Assembly (NCBI GenBank): GCA_002010065.2
Contig: MTMD02000008.1
Location: forward strand, 32,001 to 96,000
Direction: 5' to 3'
Origin: Candidatus Pyrohabitans jungbluthii
Lineage (GTDB): Archaea; Hydrothermarchaeota; Hydrothermarchaeia; Hydrothermarchaeales; BMS3B
Length of the DNA stretch: 64,000 nt
In this document: positions 37,942 through 48,131 of the stretch, in pieces
Layout: each line of letters starts with the position of its first letter
How positions within the stretch are numbered: the first letter of the stretch is position 1
Made by a program: the position numbers and the translations under genes
Notes under the pieces: model-generated
Seen by the model: the letters and a program-made list of their open reading frames with translations, nothing else
Database searches by the model: none
What the model was told of the DNA's origin: nothing

Positions 37942-38961
37942 GTGCAGCTGTTAAGCTGGGGAAAGCGATTAATTCTAAACCCCATATACTGGCCTAGCGC
38001 TGCGTCGCTTGCGAGCTTTATAGCACTTATAATATCTGGAATAGCACTGGGCTTCTGGTATGAACCTCACCCAAGCGTCGCCTATGAGAGCATAATATAC
38101 ATTGGAGATTATGTCGCCTTTGGACAGCTAATGTTGAGTGTACATCACTACGCCACCGATGTGCTGATAGCCTCAACCCTCTTGCATCTTATAAGAGTTT
38201 TCTTCATGGGCACTTACAAGGGCAAACTTTACGCCTGGACTGAAGGAAGCTATCTCATCTCCAAGCTCCAGCGCATTCATACCGAGGTAACAGAATTAAA
38301 ACTCGGCAATGCCTGGATAAGTGGCGTGGTGCTTCTTCTGATAACCGTGCTATTCCTCTTCTCCGGCTACCTGCTGCGCTGGGATGAGATAGGCTACTAC
38401 AGTATCCAGATAACCACCTCAATAGTCGCTTACACTCCAGTCATCGGCGACACCCTTCGCAGCCTGATTCTCGGCGGTAGTGAGATAACATCGCGCAGCC
38501 TGGCTAGGTTTTACATCGCCCATGCCATACTTCTCCCCCTCCTCTACCTTCTCTTCCTCGGACTTCATTACTATTACATAAAAAAAGCACGCTTCTACTG
38601 GCTTGAGGTAGGGGTGGGTAGTGTAACTTTGGGCTTTCTTCTGCTGGTGAGTGTTCTTAGTCCCTTTGGACTCGCTGCAAAACCATCTGCAGAGCTTACC
38701 GTGAGCCTAAAGCCACCGTGGCTATTTTTATGGCTCTATGTAATAGAGCGCGGCGTTGGATACATCTCGCCCCGCTTCAACTTTGTGAACATCCTGCTCC
38801 TTCTGAGCATACTCACCCTCCTGTTCCTGGTACCTTACATAGACTCGGGTGAAGAAAAACCTGAAACTAAGAAGAAACGAACCATTGTAGGCATCGCCAG
38901 CCTGACCTTTTTCATACTTCTCTCCATCATCGGCTACCTCTGGGAGGCATCCTCACCCTGA
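37942..38961 (+). CDS. Cytochrome b/b6-family protein (N- and C-terminal domains fused)
   Basis: Four heme His residues (SVHHY, LLHL, AHAI, GLHY), GYLL.WD, ..RFY..H, and KPPWLF at the PEWY position. Confidence 0.85.
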   Translation: MQLLSWGKRLILNPIYWPSAASLASFIALIISGIALGFWYEPHPSVAYESIIYIGDYVAFGQLMLSVHHYATDVLIASTLLHLIRVFFMGTYKGKLYAWTEGSYLISKLQRIHTEVTELKLGNAWISGVVLLLITVLFLFSGYLLRWDEIGYYSIQITTSIVAYTPVIGDTLRSLILGGSEITSRSLARFYIAHAILLPLLYLLFLGLHYYYIKKARFYWLEVGVGSVTLGFLLLVSVLSPFGLAAKPSAELTVSLKPPWLFLWLYVIERGVGYISPRFNFVNILLLLSILTLLFLVPYIDSGEEKPETKKKRTIVGIASLTFFILLSIIGYLWEASSP

Positions 38962-39125
38962 AGATACTCTCTGATTATGGCGATGCCAATCCCAACCAGT
39001 ACAAGACCCAGAAAGAAAGCGAAATAGTCCTCCCAGGTGTAAACCTTAACCCCACCTTCATTCTCCATGGCAAATGCTAGAGGGAGTGAGAAAACAAAAG
39101 CCAGCAGCGACAGCGTATTTTTCAT
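38934..39125 (-). CDS. Small membrane protein (signal peptide + one TM)
   Basis: MKNTLSLLAFVFSLPLAFA...YFAFFLGLVLVGIGIAII; directly downstream of the cytochrome c gene. Confidence 0.55.
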   Translation of the reverse strand: MKNTLSLLAFVFSLPLAFAMENEGGVKVYTWEDYFAFFLGLVLVGIGIAIIREYLQGEDASQR

Positions 39126-39157
39126 AAAATAAAAAAAGAAAGCAGAGTTTTTAAATT

Positions 39158-39526
39158 TTACTGCATTATAGCAGGAAGCTCGTGGCACTTCGTGCAGGTC
39201 GTCTGGATATCGTGGCACTCACTGCAGAAGTTCTTGTGCCCTTCAAACTTCTCAAACGCCTGCTTGTGCAAGCCTGTGCGCATGTCCGCTAAGGCAGGAG
39301 CGTCGTGACACTGATCGCACTTGCCTTCGCCGTGAAGCGCTACCTCTTCATAACCAGGAGCAGCTTCCTCTACAGTCTCCTTGGGTGCCTCTGTTGCTGG
39401 AGGCTGTGTAGCGGCAGGAGCCTCTGTAGCAGGCGCAGGAGCCTTGGTCTCGCCTCCACCACCGGTGCAGCCAGCAAAGGCAAGCACCAACAGTAGTATC
39501 CCTGCAGCAATCACAAACCGTCTCAT
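39158..39526 (-). CDS. Triheme c-type cytochrome lipoprotein
   Basis: Lipobox FAGC, Ala/Pro/Thr linker, CDQCH, CSECH and CTKCH; GGAGG RBS. Confidence 0.85.
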   Translation of the reverse strand: MRRFVIAAGILLLVLAFAGCTGGGGETKAPAPATEAPAATQPPATEAPKETVEEAAPGYEEVALHGEGKCDQCHDAPALADMRTGLHKQAFEKFEGHKNFCSECHDIQTTCTKCHELPAIMQ

Positions 39527-39697
39527 GTTTTCTCCTCCTTAAGTTTCCGTTCCATCATGACTACTTTCAATATAAATAAGTTTCGTGTAGATTCCGTATC
39601 TGTAGAGAACGAATATTTTTCGCTAGGCGCGTGTTGTACCACAAGCCATACCTATCCACAAACTTTATATAGAAGTTCAAAAACATAGGTAAAGGAA

Positions 39698-39718
39698 AAA
39701 GTTACTTAATGTAACTTT
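39698..39718. promoter_or_regulatory. 8-5-8 palindrome downstream of the thermosome TATA box (candidate heat-shock operator)
   Basis: AAAGTTAC-TTAAT-GTAACTTT; TATA TTTATATA at 39664-39671. Confidence 0.5.
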
Positions 39719-39744
39719 AACCCTTTGAAAATGGAGGTGAATAA

Positions 39745-41397
39745 ATGGTAGCACAGCTAGGTGGACAGCCAGTTTTAATACTCTCTGACAAGGCGCAGAG
39801 AACCTATGGCAGAGATGCGCAGCGCAGCAATATACTTGCGGCGCGCATAATCGCCGAGATAGTGAAATCAACGCTGGGTCCAAGAGGAATGGACAAGATG
39901 CTCGTGGACAGCATAGGCGACGTCGTGGTTACCAACGATGGTGTAACCATACTCAAAGAGATGGAGGTCGAGCATCCCGCTGCGAAGATGATGGTCGAAG
40001 TGGCGAAGACGCAGGAGGATGAGGTTGGCGACGGCACTACCACGAGCGTTGTAATTGCCGGCGAGCTTCTCAAAAAGGCTGAGGAGCTTTTAGACCAGGA
40101 TGTTCATCCCACAGTTATCGCCAAGGGCTACCGCATGGCGGCTGAGAAGGCAGAGGAAATCCTGAATAGCATGGCTGTGGATATCGACATAAGCGATGAC
40201 GAACTTTTGAAGAAGGTTGCATCCACGGCGATGACCGGCAAGGGTGCCGAGAAGGCTAAGGATTACCTGGCAGAGCTGGTTGTTAAGGCAGTTAAAGCTG
40301 TTGCCGAAGAGATGAATGGTGAGATAAGCATCGACGCGGACCACATTAAGATTGAGAAGAAGGTCGGCGGAGGAATAGAGGATACCCAGCTGATACAGGG
40401 CGTTATTATCGACAAGGAACGCGTACATCCAGGAATGCCGCGCAAAGTTAAAGATGCCAAGATAGCACTCATAAATGCTCCGATTGAGATTGAGAAGACA
40501 GAGTTCGACGCAGAGATACGCATAACCGATCCGAACCAGCTTCAGGCTTTTCTCGACGAGGAGGAGCGCATGCTCCGCGATATGGTGGAGAAGGTTAAAG
40601 CGAGCGGAGCCAATGTGCTCTTCTGCCAGAAGGGTATAGACGACCTGGCGCAGCACTTCCTTGCCAAAGAGGGGATCTTTGCTGTGCGCAGGGTGAAGAA
40701 GAGCGACATGGAGAAGCTCTCCCGCGCCACAGGGGCGAGGATAGTGACCAGCATAGACGACCTCAGCAGCGACGACCTTGGCTATGCAGGCGTAGTGGAA
40801 GAGGTTAAGATCGGCGACGACGAGATGGTGTTTGTGCGCGAGTGCCGCGATCCTAAGTCGGTGAGCATCCTCATCCGCGGTGGCAGTGAGCACATAACCA
40901 GTGAGGTTGAGCGCGCCATAGAGGACTGCCTTGGCGTTGTGCCGGCTGCGATTAGGGACAAGAAGATAGTGCCCGGCGGAGGCGCGCCAGAGATAGAGGT
41001 GGCGAGCAAGCTGCGCGACTACGCTAAAACTGTAGGCGGGAGAGAGCAGCTCGCAATAGAAGCCTTTGCCGATGCTCTTGAAGTCATACCACGCGCCCTC
41101 GCTGAGAACGCTGGCCTTGACCCAATAGACATGCTGGTCGACCTGCGCTCAAGACATGAGAAGGAAGGGCCAAACTACGGACTCAATGTTTACAAGGGCG
41201 AGGCTGTGGACATGTTAAAGGAGGGCGTGGTTGAGCCTCTCCGCGTCAAAACCCAGGCGATTGCCAGCGCCAGCGAGGTTGCTGTGATGATTCTGCGCAT
41301 CGATGACGTCATCGCTGCCAAGGGGCTGAGCAAAGAAGAGGCAGGCGGAGAAGGCGGAGAGATGGGTGGCATGGGCGGCGGCATGCCCATGATGTAA
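39745..41397 (+). CDS. ths: Thermosome (group II chaperonin) subunit
   Basis: [24 protein letters not shown] and GGM-rich tail. Confidence 0.97.
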   Translation: MVAQLGGQPVLILSDKAQRTYGRDAQRSNILAARIIAEIVKSTLGPRGMDKMLVDSIGDVVVTNDGVTILKEMEVEHPAAKMMVEVAKTQEDEVGDGTTTSVVIAGELLKKAEELLDQDVHPTVIAKGYRMAAEKAEEILNSMAVDIDISDDELLKKVASTAMTGKGAEKAKDYLAELVVKAVKAVAEEMNGEISIDADHIKIEKKVGGGIEDTQLIQGVIIDKERVHPGMPRKVKDAKIALINAPIEIEKTEFDAEIRITDPNQLQAFLDEEERMLRDMVEKVKASGANVLFCQKGIDDLAQHFLAKEGIFAVRRVKKSDMEKLSRATGARIVTSIDDLSSDDLGYAGVVEEVKIGDDEMVFVRECRDPKSVSILIRGGSEHITSEVERAIEDCLGVVPAAIRDKKIVPGGGAPEIEVASKLRDYAKTVGGREQLAIEAFADALEVIPRALAENAGLDPIDMLVDLRSRHEKEGPNYGLNVYKGEAVDMLKEGVVEPLRVKTQAIASASEVAVMILRIDDVIAAKGLSKEEAGGEGGEMGGMGGGMPMM

Positions 41398-42069
41398 TCA
41401 CAGCATGCCTTGATGCAGAGCAGTGCCAATTAATGCGCCGCTTACGCCTAGGCTTTCAAGCCTGGGCAGGTCTTCCTTTTTTATCCCCCCAGCGGCATAC
41501 AGCCGCGTCTTTTCTTTTTTCTGTTTATTTATCTTTTTGAGTGTTTTCCAGGGGACACTGTTGAGCGTGCCCACGCGTGAGAGGTCAAGGTAGATTATCC
41601 TCGTCACACCGACTTTTTCGAGCACTTTAAAGGCATCTATTGGCGAAGCTGGCAGAAAGGGCGAAAGTACCTCACCATCCTTAACATCCAGGCTTGCGAA
41701 TAGCTCATCTCCCCACCTCGCAACGCTCGCCTCAAAAACCTCTACGCTCTGCGCTGTCTCTGTGCCTATCACAGGGATGCATCCCAGCTGAGAAGCAAGC
41801 TCCAGCTCATCCTCGCTTCTTACGCCGTAGTCGAGAAGCACCTTTTTCAGTGAGGCAAGCTTTTCAAGGATCTCAAGGTTAGGCGAACGGCGCATTATCG
41901 CGTCGAGGTCTGCGACGTAAAGCTCTGGGTAGGGCAGGTTCCGGGCTATCTCAACAGGAGAGCTGCTCTTCGCGAAGACGCTTTTAAGCTCCCTGTAGCG
42001 ATGGCGTTCCCCACGAACTGCGTGCACAGCCTTGCCGTGCATTATGTCGAGGACAGGGATTATTTTCAT
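41398..42069 (-). CDS. HisA/HisF-related TIM-barrel protein (family associated with H4MPT/methanofuran C1 metabolism)
   Basis: IIPVLDI..G.AVHA..GER..Y, YVADLDAI, LDLSRVGT and GTALH motifs. Confidence 0.8.
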   Translation of the reverse strand: MKIIPVLDIMHGKAVHAVRGERHRYRELKSVFAKSSSPVEIARNLPYPELYVADLDAIMRRSPNLEILEKLASLKKVLLDYGVRSEDELELASQLGCIPVIGTETAQSVEVFEASVARWGDELFASLDVKDGEVLSPFLPASPIDAFKVLEKVGVTRIIYLDLSRVGTLNSVPWKTLKKINKQKKEKTRLYAAGGIKKEDLPRLESLGVSGALIGTALHQGML

Positions 42070-42130
42070 CTTATCGTAAATCAGTAGTAGCCTGCGCAAG
42101 GGTTTTTATCTCAGAAAATAAAACCAGTGT

Positions 42131-44359
42131 ATGCGCATCGAGCAGCTCCTTGAGCAGGGACTTCCGAGGCAGGTGGTTGAGCTTCTGCGCGAGCAGGGCA
42201 TAGAAAAGCTATTTCCGCCGCAGGAGGAGTCAATAAAGCGGGGGCTGCTCAGCTTGAAGAAAAATTTCGTCGTGGCTGTGCCCACCGCCAGCGGAAAGAC
42301 GTTAATCGCCGAACTTCTAATGCTGCGGAGCCTTCTGGAGCGAGGGGGGAAGTGCCTCTACATCGTCCCGTTAAAAGCTCTCGCTTCGGAAAAGCTTGAG
42401 GAGTTCAGGAAGTACGAAAAGCTTGGGGTAAAGGTGGGCGTCACCACAGGCGACTACGACGCCAGCGACGAGTGGCTGGGAAGCTACGATATAATTGTCA
42501 CCACAAGTGAGAAGGCAGACTCGCTGATACGCCACCGTACCTCGTGGCTAAGCGAGGTTAATGTCGTGGTCGCCGACGAGGTGCACCTGATCCACGACTC
42601 CTCTCGCGGCCCAACGCTTGAGGTAACCCTCGCCAGGCTGCGCCACCTCTCAGAGAATTTAATAATCCTAGCGCTGAGCGCTACGATAAGCAACGCTAAC
42701 GAGATCGCCTCGTGGCTAAACGCAGAGCTTGTAGAAAGCGAGTGGCGTCCTGTTAAGCTGCGCGAAGGGGTTTACCACGCGGGCGAAATTCTCTTTACTG
42801 ACTCCTCCAGGCGAGGTATCGACGCAAGCTATGCGAACGAGGCGCTCAACCTTGCGCTGGATACTGTAAAAGAAGGCGGTCAAAGCCTGGTGTTTGTGAA
42901 TACTCGCCGTGGTGCTGAGCGCTTTGCTACCGAGGCTGCGCCGAAGGTGAAGAGGCTGCTCAGCGAGGCGGAGAAGGAGGAGCTTAAGGAAATCGCCCAG
43001 CGTGTGCTTCATGTGCTCGCTGAGCCAACGCGGATTTGCAGGCGGCTGAGCAAAGCCGTGGCAGGAGGCGCGGCGTTTCATCACGCAGGCTTAGCTCCGG
43101 AGCAGCGCAGGCTGATTGAGCATGCGTTCAGGCGGAATTTAATTAAGGTGCTCGCAGCTACGCCAACTCTGGCTGCGGGTGTAAACCTCCCTGCAAGGCG
43201 GGTGGTAATCCGCGACTATCGCCGCTATGATTCTTCGCTTGGCTACGTGGAGATACCTGTGATGGAGATAAAGCAGATGGCTGGGAGAGCGGGCAGGCCG
43301 CGCTACGACAGGTACGGCGAGGCTATACTCGTAGCGAGGGCCGAGGAGGAGCGGGATTTTCTGCTTGAGCGCTACCTCTTGGCTGAGCCAGAGCGTGTTT
43401 ACTCTAAGCTAGCGGCGCTGCCAGCGCTTAGAATGCACATCTTAGCAAGCATTGCCACCGGCTACGCGAGCAGCTTCTCAGGCTTGGTGGACTTCTTCTC
43501 AAAAACCTTCTACGGGCATCAGCAGGAGGCGTACACCCTGGAAAGCTCCCTGCTCAGCGTGCTCGAGTTTCTTGAGCACGAGGGTTTTCTGCAGGAGGAA
43601 GAGGAGAAAATTGTGGCAACCCCCTTCGGAAAGCGGGTGAGCGAGCTTTACATAGACCCCCTGAGCGCTGTCACCCTGCGCAATGCACTTGAGAGAGCAG
43701 AGAGCGTAGCTACAGAGGCGATTTCCTATCTTCATGCGATTGCGAGATGCTCAGAACTTGGCACCCTGTACCTGAGGAAGGGCGAGTATGAGGAGTATCT
43801 CCCAAAGCTTCTGGAGCAGGAGAGGTACCTGCTCTTTCCGCTGCCCTCGCAGTATTACGAGGCTTACGCCTTCGAGCACTTCCTTGCAGAATTCAAAACA
43901 GCGCTCTTCCTGCACGACTGGATTGAAGAGCGGAGTGAGGAATACCTGCTGGAGAGGTACAACCTAGCCCCTGGCGATATTCACAGCAGGGTGGAGATAG
44001 CCGAGTGGCTGCTCTACGCTATGGAGGAGATAGCCAGGCTCTTTAATTTTAAAAAGAGGGAGGAGATCTCAAGGTTGAGGCTAAGAGTGAAGCACGGCAT
44101 TCGCGAAGAGCTTCTGGAGCTGGTGAGCCTCAAGGGCATAGGCAGGGCAAGGGCGAGGAAGCTTTACACCAGATTTAAAACTCTGGAGGAGCTCAGAAAG
44201 GCGAGCTTGAAGGATATAGCCTCTGTGCCCCTGATTGGAGAAAAGCTCGCTGCCAGCATAAAGGCACAGCTTGGCGAGAAGGTTACCCGAAGTCCCGCTT
44301 CAGGTAACGAAGTTAAGGCCACAAAGACGACGAAGCAGAGCACCCTCACAGGCTTCTGA
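42131..44359 (+). CDS. hel308: Hel308/Hjm DNA helicase
   Basis: PTASGKT, DEVH, LSAT, TPTLAAGVNLP, QMAGRAGRP, HhH GIGRARARKL and C-terminal PIP-like QSTLTGF. Confidence 0.95.
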   Translation: MRIEQLLEQGLPRQVVELLREQGIEKLFPPQEESIKRGLLSLKKNFVVAVPTASGKTLIAELLMLRSLLERGGKCLYIVPLKALASEKLEEFRKYEKLGVKVGVTTGDYDASDEWLGSYDIIVTTSEKADSLIRHRTSWLSEVNVVVADEVHLIHDSSRGPTLEVTLARLRHLSENLIILALSATISNANEIASWLNAELVESEWRPVKLREGVYHAGEILFTDSSRRGIDASYANEALNLALDTVKEGGQSLVFVNTRRGAERFATEAAPKVKRLLSEAEKEELKEIAQRVLHVLAEPTRICRRLSKAVAGGAAFHHAGLAPEQRRLIEHAFRRNLIKVLAATPTLAAGVNLPARRVVIRDYRRYDSSLGYVEIPVMEIKQMAGRAGRPRYDRYGEAILVARAEEERDFLLERYLLAEPERVYSKLAALPALRMHILASIATGYASSFSGLVDFFSKTFYGHQQEAYTLESSLLSVLEFLEHEGFLQEEEEKIVATPFGKRVSELYIDPLSAVTLRNALERAESVATEAISYLHAIARCSELGTLYLRKGEYEEYLPKLLEQERYLLFPLPSQYYEAYAFEHFLAEFKTALFLHDWIEERSEEYLLERYNLAPGDIHSRVEIAEWLLYAMEEIARLFNFKKREEISRLRLRVKHGIREELLELVSLKGIGRARARKLYTRFKTLEELRKASLKDIASVPLIGEKLAASIKAQLGEKVTRSPASGNEVKATKTTKQSTLTGF

Positions 44360-46457
44360 GCCAGCGCTCGTGGTACTCCTGGAATATCTCTTCCCCGGTC
44401 AGGTTGTACATAACCTGCATCTGCCACACGTGCATCTTATGGTAGTGCCGGTTTGCTTTATTTCCAAGGGCGTCGTAGTAGCTCCAGCCCCCGGCGTCGT
44501 ACTCGGGAAGAAATTTTATAAGTGCCTCAACTCCGCGCTGGTAAAGCTTCTCAGCCTCGCTGCTGTTGAAGTAGTCTGCATACTCCTTAAGCCAGAGGAG
44601 GGTGGTAATGAAGCCATTGAGAACATAGGGCGGCTCCTCTTTCACATACTCCGGATACCAGTAGTAGCCATCTCTGAGCTTTAGAAGACCTCCTTTCTCC
44701 ACTGGCACTGAAAACGCCTTAAGAGCCTTCTCTGAAGCCACCCTGTACTTCTCTTCCCCAGTGTACTTATAAGCCAGCATCAGTGCCTTGAGTATCCCTG
44801 CCTGACATAAGCTACCCCGCCAGCCTCTTTCAAGGTCGTAACCTGGCCAGGGGAAGGGGTACTCCCATATCAGGTAATCGCCTTTATCCACCGAGGTGTT
44901 CAGAAGGTAGTCCACAAGAAAAAGCGCCCTGGAGAGGTTCTCCTCGCTGCCCGTCTTTTCATACGCATAGAAAGCCTCTCTTGCAGCCTGGGCTATGCCA
45001 TGGGGAGCAGGCTGATAGCCGAGGTAAACACCGTCCACTGTGCCGTAGTAAATTAGGGGAATTTCACCTTCAACCAGGCTGTACTTTTTAACCTTTGAAG
45101 GCGAGGTAACGCCGATCTGAAGGGCGTATTCCCTGGAGAGGTAGGCAAACCTTAGCCTCTCGCAGGCGTCTTTAGCATTGAGGGCTTTTTTCAGGTAGGG
45201 CGTCTCTCCCAGAGCTTTTGCATCCTCTAAAGCCATGAAGGAGAACTCTTCAAGGTTTACCAATGCGTTAAGAAGTTCGCAGCGAAGCTTCGCCGGTGCC
45301 GTGCCCTTGCTATGCCTGGGATCGAGCAGGGCTTCAGGGGTTATCCCAGAAAGTCTGCCACGGTTGAGCACAACCACCTTACTAAAACCCTCCTCGGGCT
45401 CTCTGCCAATGGGAGAATAGTACACCACCACATCGTAGCTCTCCAGCTCAGAGAGGTTTGCTCTCTCCACCTTTAGCCCATAGCTCCTCAGAGCATAGAG
45501 GAGAAAACTTTCGTCGTTGAAGCTCTCCTTATTCGGGTTGTAATCCTCTCTTGGTTCAACAACTATGCCAACCTTGGGAGAGAACTCAAAGGGATTCTTT
45601 CCCAGCACGGGCACATAGCTGGCGATTTCACTGGCAGTTATAAACCTCACACCGGGCTTTGATTTAATGTACCTGATATTTTCTCTGAGAATTTTTATGG
45701 ACTCGTGATTCCAGTTTGTGGTGTGCAGCAGAGCAACAGCCACCACGGGGCCTTCCTCTTTCGCTGCTTGGTAAATATAATCAAAGCTTTTCATGTAGTG
45801 TTTGTTTATCTTCCTGGCCTTATACATGGGGTACTCAGGAAACCCACCTGTTATTATTAAACTCGTGGGCAGTAAGCTAAGGTTCTCCCTTATCAAAACT
45901 GGAAAGAAGGCTTTAGTTCTTGGGCTGGCGTAAATCTGGGGTGTGAGGTCGTAGCTTATGCCAGCCTCGCTCAGCACATCCCTCGTGGTCTCTCCTTCCA
46001 TGAGAGTTGGTGCTCTGAAAACTTTCCCTGAGTAATTGAAGTGCTGTTTAATCCAGGATATTGAGGAGAAAATTCTTTTCCTCTGCTGCTCTCTTTCCTG
46101 GAAGGTAAACTTCGCATGTCTGTCGCAGTGCAGCGATATGGGGTACTCGTTAACCCTCCCCACAACACTCAGGTTGTTTTTTACCGCCTCCCGCCAGTCA
46201 TCCACGGGCATTAAAATCTCCACCTTCCCCTTCAGTCCCTCCTCTTCAAAGATATCAAGCATTGCATCAAGAATGCCTCCGTGTATCCCGAGCAGGTCGT
46301 CCTTCTCCTCGGCGTCAACAGTTAAAACTAGGTAGAGCACAGGCGTGTGCACTGAGGTTTCGTCTTCATAAGAGGTTGTTTCAGGTGTTTCTAATTCTTC
46401 TCTGGCAGAGATTAAAATTATTAGAATAATCAGGATAATCAGCAATTTTTTTCTCAT
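44346..46457 (-). CDS. Membrane-anchored polysaccharide deacetylase-like domain fused to D-glucuronyl C5-epimerase C-terminal domain
   Basis: N-terminal TM. LTVDAE, HCDRH, FRAP and LH motifs are NodB-like. The C-terminal W.EY..., VLNGF, YD.G.WS.YD and YH..H..Q motifs are C5-epimerase-like. Confidence 0.75.
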   Translation of the reverse strand: MRKKLLIILIILIILISAREELETPETTSYEDETSVHTPVLYLVLTVDAEEKDDLLGIHGGILDAMLDIFEEEGLKGKVEILMPVDDWREAVKNNLSVVGRVNEYPISLHCDRHAKFTFQEREQQRKRIFSSISWIKQHFNYSGKVFRAPTLMEGETTRDVLSEAGISYDLTPQIYASPRTKAFFPVLIRENLSLLPTSLIITGGFPEYPMYKARKINKHYMKSFDYIYQAAKEEGPVVAVALLHTTNWNHESIKILRENIRYIKSKPGVRFITASEIASYVPVLGKNPFEFSPKVGIVVEPREDYNPNKESFNDESFLLYALRSYGLKVERANLSELESYDVVVYYSPIGREPEEGFSKVVVLNRGRLSGITPEALLDPRHSKGTAPAKLRCELLNALVNLEEFSFMALEDAKALGETPYLKKALNAKDACERLRFAYLSREYALQIGVTSPSKVKKYSLVEGEIPLIYYGTVDGVYLGYQPAPHGIAQAAREAFYAYEKTGSEENLSRALFLVDYLLNTSVDKGDYLIWEYPFPWPGYDLERGWRGSLCQAGILKALMLAYKYTGEEKYRVASEKALKAFSVPVEKGGLLKLRDGYYWYPEYVKEEPPYVLNGFITTLLWLKEYADYFNSSEAEKLYQRGVEALIKFLPEYDAGGWSYYDALGNKANRHYHKMHVWQMQVMYNLTGEEIFQEYHERWLRSL

Positions 46458-46493
46458 AACCCTCCTTCAAAAAGGAGGCGACTATAAACCTTT

Positions 46494-48077
46494 CTATCTG
46501 GAATTTCTTACCTGCCTGCTCAGCCACCTCACAAAGCGACGCATCTTCTTCTCCCGGGCGAGCTCAGCGTAAAGGTAAGCCTCATCCTTTGTACCCTCTG
46601 CAATCAATATAACCACCCTGCCCACGTCGCTCCTCCCGGTTCTCCCACGGCGCTGAATCGCCCGAATCTCGCTGGGCACGGGCTCATAAAAAATTACCAG
46701 GTCAACGCTGGGTATGTCCAACCCTTCCTCTGCAACGCTGCTGGCGACGAGAACGTTGGCTTCGCCCCGCCTGAAGCGTTCTAGCGCCTCGCTCTGGGTG
46801 CGCTGGTTCATCCCCCGTTCTTCGCCCCGGCTCGCCTGCCCTACGAAGCGTATGGCTTTTATGCCTTCGCCACGAAGCCTGTCCACGACTGTAGCGATAG
46901 TGTCGCGATACTGCACAAAAATTATGATAAGTGAGTCCGGCTTCTCCCGCAGCTGGCGCTTAACCAGATCCACCAGCGCTTCCAGCTTAACATGACTCTC
47001 CTCTGTGCTCTGAAGCTTTTCCAGCGCTTCGCTCAATCTCGAGTCTGAGAGGAAAAGCCTCTCGCCCCGCGAAGGCTTGGACTTATTCTTAAGCCTCTCA
47101 ACATATGCAAGCGCTGGCTTTGCTCCCTGAGTCTCTATTAACTCAAGAAGGTTGAAGGCATGCAGCGCGGCGGTCTGCATCAACAGCGCTGAGAAGAGAT
47201 AACCCTTATTTTTACTCCTACCCAGCCTCCCCCTTATCTCGTTGCCCAGCTCTATTATATCCTTCTTCGAAACGTAGCGCGCCTTTTTATAGCTCAGGAA
47301 TCCCATCCGCTGAAGCTTTGTGACATTATCCTCCAAAAACGCTTTCACGAGTTGCGCCGCTTCCTTTAACTCCTCAGGCAGTTTTACTTTATGCCAGTGG
47401 ATTTTCACCTCCTTGACATAGCTGCGCACATCGCCATCGCTGGGTAAGCGTGCTTCAACCTGTGCGATTTTGAGATTTTTCAACACCTCCTCTATCTTCT
47501 CTTTGTCTCCCCCAGGAGAAGCGGTAAGCCCCAGAATTAAGCCATCGTAACGCTGCGCAATTTTAACATAGGCGTAGTCGCCCACGCTTCTGTGCGCCTC
47601 ATCAAAGATAACCAGCGCCACATCGCTGAGGTCGTAGAGCTTTGACTCCAGGTCGTTAAACACCGTCTGAGGGGTGGCGAAGACCACACGGCTGTGCCTC
47701 CACGCATGGGCGCGCTTCTTCGCAGGTTGCTCGCCCGTAAAGACTGCCATCTCATCTTCGCGAAGCTTCATAAAGCGCCTGAAGCTCTCGTGGTGCTGCT
47801 TCACCAGCGGCTTTGTGGGCGCGAGGAATAGCACCTTTCCCCTGGAGAGCGCATCTAAAGCCACGAGCAGTGCAATCACAGTTTTACCAAGCCCTGTGGG
47901 AAGCACCACTAGGGTGTTGCCCTTCTTTGCGCTCTCTGCTATGACAAGCTGATACTCCCTCGCCTGGAGAGTGCGTTCTTTAAGCAATGGGTGCTCTACA
48001 TAGCCTTCTTCCGCTTCCTCTTCAGCTCTTTTCTCCTTAGCTTTGGCTGCAAACTCATCCAGGCGAAGCTGGTGCAT
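46494..48077 (-). CDS. Hef/FANCM-like DEAH helicase lacking the ERCC4 nuclease domain
   Basis: LPTGLGKT, DEAHR, LTASPG, EEGLDIP and QRRGRTGR motifs. The start is moved to 48077 because the upstream part of the ORF overlaps RNase P RNA. Confidence 0.9.
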   Translation of the reverse strand: MHQLRLDEFAAKAKEKRAEEEAEEGYVEHPLLKERTLQAREYQLVIAESAKKGNTLVVLPTGLGKTVIALLVALDALSRGKVLFLAPTKPLVKQHHESFRRFMKLREDEMAVFTGEQPAKKRAHAWRHSRVVFATPQTVFNDLESKLYDLSDVALVIFDEAHRSVGDYAYVKIAQRYDGLILGLTASPGGDKEKIEEVLKNLKIAQVEARLPSDGDVRSYVKEVKIHWHKVKLPEELKEAAQLVKAFLEDNVTKLQRMGFLSYKKARYVSKKDIIELGNEIRGRLGRSKNKGYLFSALLMQTAALHAFNLLELIETQGAKPALAYVERLKNKSKPSRGERLFLSDSRLSEALEKLQSTEESHVKLEALVDLVKRQLREKPDSLIIIFVQYRDTIATVVDRLRGEGIKAIRFVGQASRGEERGMNQRTQSEALERFRRGEANVLVASSVAEEGLDIPSVDLVIFYEPVPSEIRAIQRRGRTGRSDVGRVVILIAEGTKDEAYLYAELAREKKMRRFVRWLSRQVRNSR

Positions 48078-48131
48078 GGCATTACTTTGGCTGCGGTAAA
48101 TATAGCCCTTGTTAGTCTTTCTCTTTATAAA

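Noticed and set aside
40090-40893. Long antisense ORFs, e.g. 267 aa opposite the thermosome and 232 aa opposite a CBS gene
   Set aside because: These are shadow frames of well-supported genes with biased codon usage.
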